Below the pieces are notes generated by a model, which was not told the origin of the DNA, searched no databases, and saw only the letters and a list, made by a program, of their open reading frames with translations. A stretch of 63,723 bases of DNA from Vitrella brassicaformis CCMP3155 (taxonomy: Eukaryota > Protista > Chromerida). Numbering within the stretch: the stretch's first letter is position 1; the number at the start of each line of letters is the position of its first letter. The DNA lies in NCBI GenBank assembly GCA_001179505.1, contig CDMY01000361.1, positions 37,631-101,353 on the forward strand. Reading direction: 5' to 3'. Below are positions 61,998 through 63,723 of this stretch, piece after piece. The position numbers and the translations under genes were made by a program.

Positions 61998-63723
61998 TCA
62001 AAGCAGCCACTCCGAACGTTGTCCGAGCTTGCGCCGAAGAGCGGACATAGATGAGACATCATCATCATCGTCAGCGACACCACCACCTCCTCGGCTTGCC
62101 TCCCTCTCCTCTGGCACGTCCTCGTTGTCCATCTCGCTCTCATCCTCATCTTCTTCCACATTCGTCACGTCACCTTCCCCTTCATATTTGTCAGTCCCGC
62201 CGTAGCTGCGAGTCCGGTGCAGCCTCGGGCAGCACAAACAGCAATCCTCTTTGTAGTACCACATCCATGAATCCTGAAGTAGAAGCTAGAGACAGAACGT
62301 CGCTGGTATCAATTAAGCGAATTGCCCATCTTACCGCATTGTTTGCGTTCCAGAAAGGCTTCCAAGGCCCAGTGTAGTGCAGCACTCGTGCGTCTGGTGA
62401 CAGTGTCGTGTTGCGATATCCAGCCCTGATTCGTAGATTCTCTTATCTTTCGAAAACAGCGTTGGCCTTGTGTCTTACTACTGACCGCAGCACGTTCCAT
62501 GTCTCATCCAGTCTGACCATTCCCCACTTGTTTGAAATAACGGAAAATGGCAGCGAAGTGGCCTCGTCCGTATGGATGCCACTGCCCTGCAATGCGGAGT
62601 GCTCTCGAATATACTCAGCGATTCGTTCCACCACCTCAGTAACCCGCAACTGACGCAGTCGAGAAAGATTCGCCACGAACACCTGGAGGCATACAGTCAA
62701 CAACATTTGGGGTCAATTGTGTATCCGTTCTCTGCCTGAATTGCCACCCCTGGATTGACAGTGCGAGACATCTTTGGGTCGACGTTGAGGCGAGTACACA
62801 GCTGCCATCCCAGGTCAGAAAAGGCCTTTCTTAATGGTTGGTAGTGTCGATGCATTGGGACCGCAATTGGTTTCCATCGTCGCAGAAGGACCTGAACGAC
62901 TTTCGTTCCCCCTTGGTAAAATGATGTGGGGGGCGCCATTGACTCAGTCTTATTCCGGTGAGAACGTCTCCGAATGTATTCCCAGGTCCTGCACCAGAGC
63001 CTGAAGACCAAATTCGAAGAGGATATAAGACTAACCAACTCGCTGCACTACTTGTTCCTGTTCGGCAACGGAAAAAGGGGGTCGTGATCGCGGATCTGAT
63101 GATGGTGTCCCAGGGTCTAGCCAAGCCCTCGACTGCCGCCCCGTACATTTGAGAAATGTCGGCGAGGGCAACAACATCTGTGTCTAGCCACATGGCGAAT
63201 CGAGCGGCCGGGAGAAGGCGGGTCATGTAGAACATCAAGAAATTGAGGTGCATGTGGGCAGGAAGGACCCAAGCATGACATGGAGGGCTGGTGCTTGGAC
63301 CCGATGCGTTCAGGGGGATGATGTTAATGTGTGCCGATCGCGTTCGATTGCTCCGAAAAATGTAACACTCGATTGCCCTCTCGAAACAGTCGAGTTCATC
63401 TAGCGGTAGGAAGATGTGAAAATGGAGTCGTTCCGGTCTGGCTGCGTGGAAAAGGACCGATGCAATCGCAACCAAAAGACCGGCAAATCGCTCCCTTTCA
63501 CCTGGAAAAAAAGCGGAAGGAGGGACAGCAGCATGTTCCGGTCTCTTCGGTGTTGGTGTCTCACCAGCCATGACAATGTTGACTGGAGATTCTGCAGGCA
63601 AGAGAAGCCAGAAGAAGCCAGTGACACGCCACCAGAAGCAGAGGGGGATGGTGCGGGTGTATGTGTGTGTTCTGATGTAGAAGGTGTTGGAGTTGGTGAG
63701 GAGGAGAGTTTGTCGGCCTCGTC
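61998..63723 (-). CDS. Glycosyltransferase family 8 (GLT8D/GATL-like), 5' end beyond the window
   Basis: VNIVMA|GERERFAGLLVAIASV...LHFHIF, AMWLDTDVVALADI (DxD), NPG|VFVANL, WNVLR|AG, VLHYTGPWKPFW, acidic tail. Stop at 61998-62000. Confidence 0.8.

Noticed and set aside
61950-62330. Repeated peptide DTSDVLS in two minus-strand ORFs with only synonymous differences
   Set aside because: In the spliced GT8 model one copy lies in an intron (gtaaga...ctctag) and the other in the 3' UTR, so it is treated as coincidence.

Overview
Eukaryotic, intron-dense, GC-rich genomic scaffold. It has short GT-AG introns carrying tetranucleotide microsatellites and two 300-N gaps. A plastid-targeted DUF3082 gene, the intron style and a lineage-specific F-box-like family point to a photosynthetic alveolate, most likely the chromerid Vitrella brassicaformis (inference). 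I assembled exons by hand from the sequence, so boundaries not quoted explicitly are approximate. About 19 protein-coding loci, in order: a partial low-complexity gene, a WDTC1-like WD40/TPR protein ending in a CaaX box, a coiled-coil RING E3 ligase, an FkbM methyltransferase, a DUF1749 hydrolase, methylmalonate-semialdehyde dehydrogenase, a giant RNI-like LRR protein, DUF3422, DUF3082, PRP28/DDX23, an SLC38-type amino-acid transporter, an F-box-like orphan, an LRR plus disordered giant protein, a small secreted PAN/apple protein, a LamG plus multi-Sushi secreted protein, a Tudor/PWWP/AT-hook protein, a canonical L-LDH and a GT8 glycosyltransferase. Highlights: (1) a ~200-bp non-coding cassette occurs twice, 20 kb apart and in the same orientation, upstream of two unrelated genes, with a 41-nt identical core, conserved base-paired stems and a putative 5' splice site held in a hairpin; (2) an in-frame TAG replaces the Glu of the LDH GEHGDS catalytic motif; (3) PRP28 has microexons, a broken splice donor and eroded motifs; (4) a mostly bacterial DUF3422 family member carries an apparent mitochondrial presequence. 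No rRNA, tRNA, CRISPR array or autonomous transposon was recognised.
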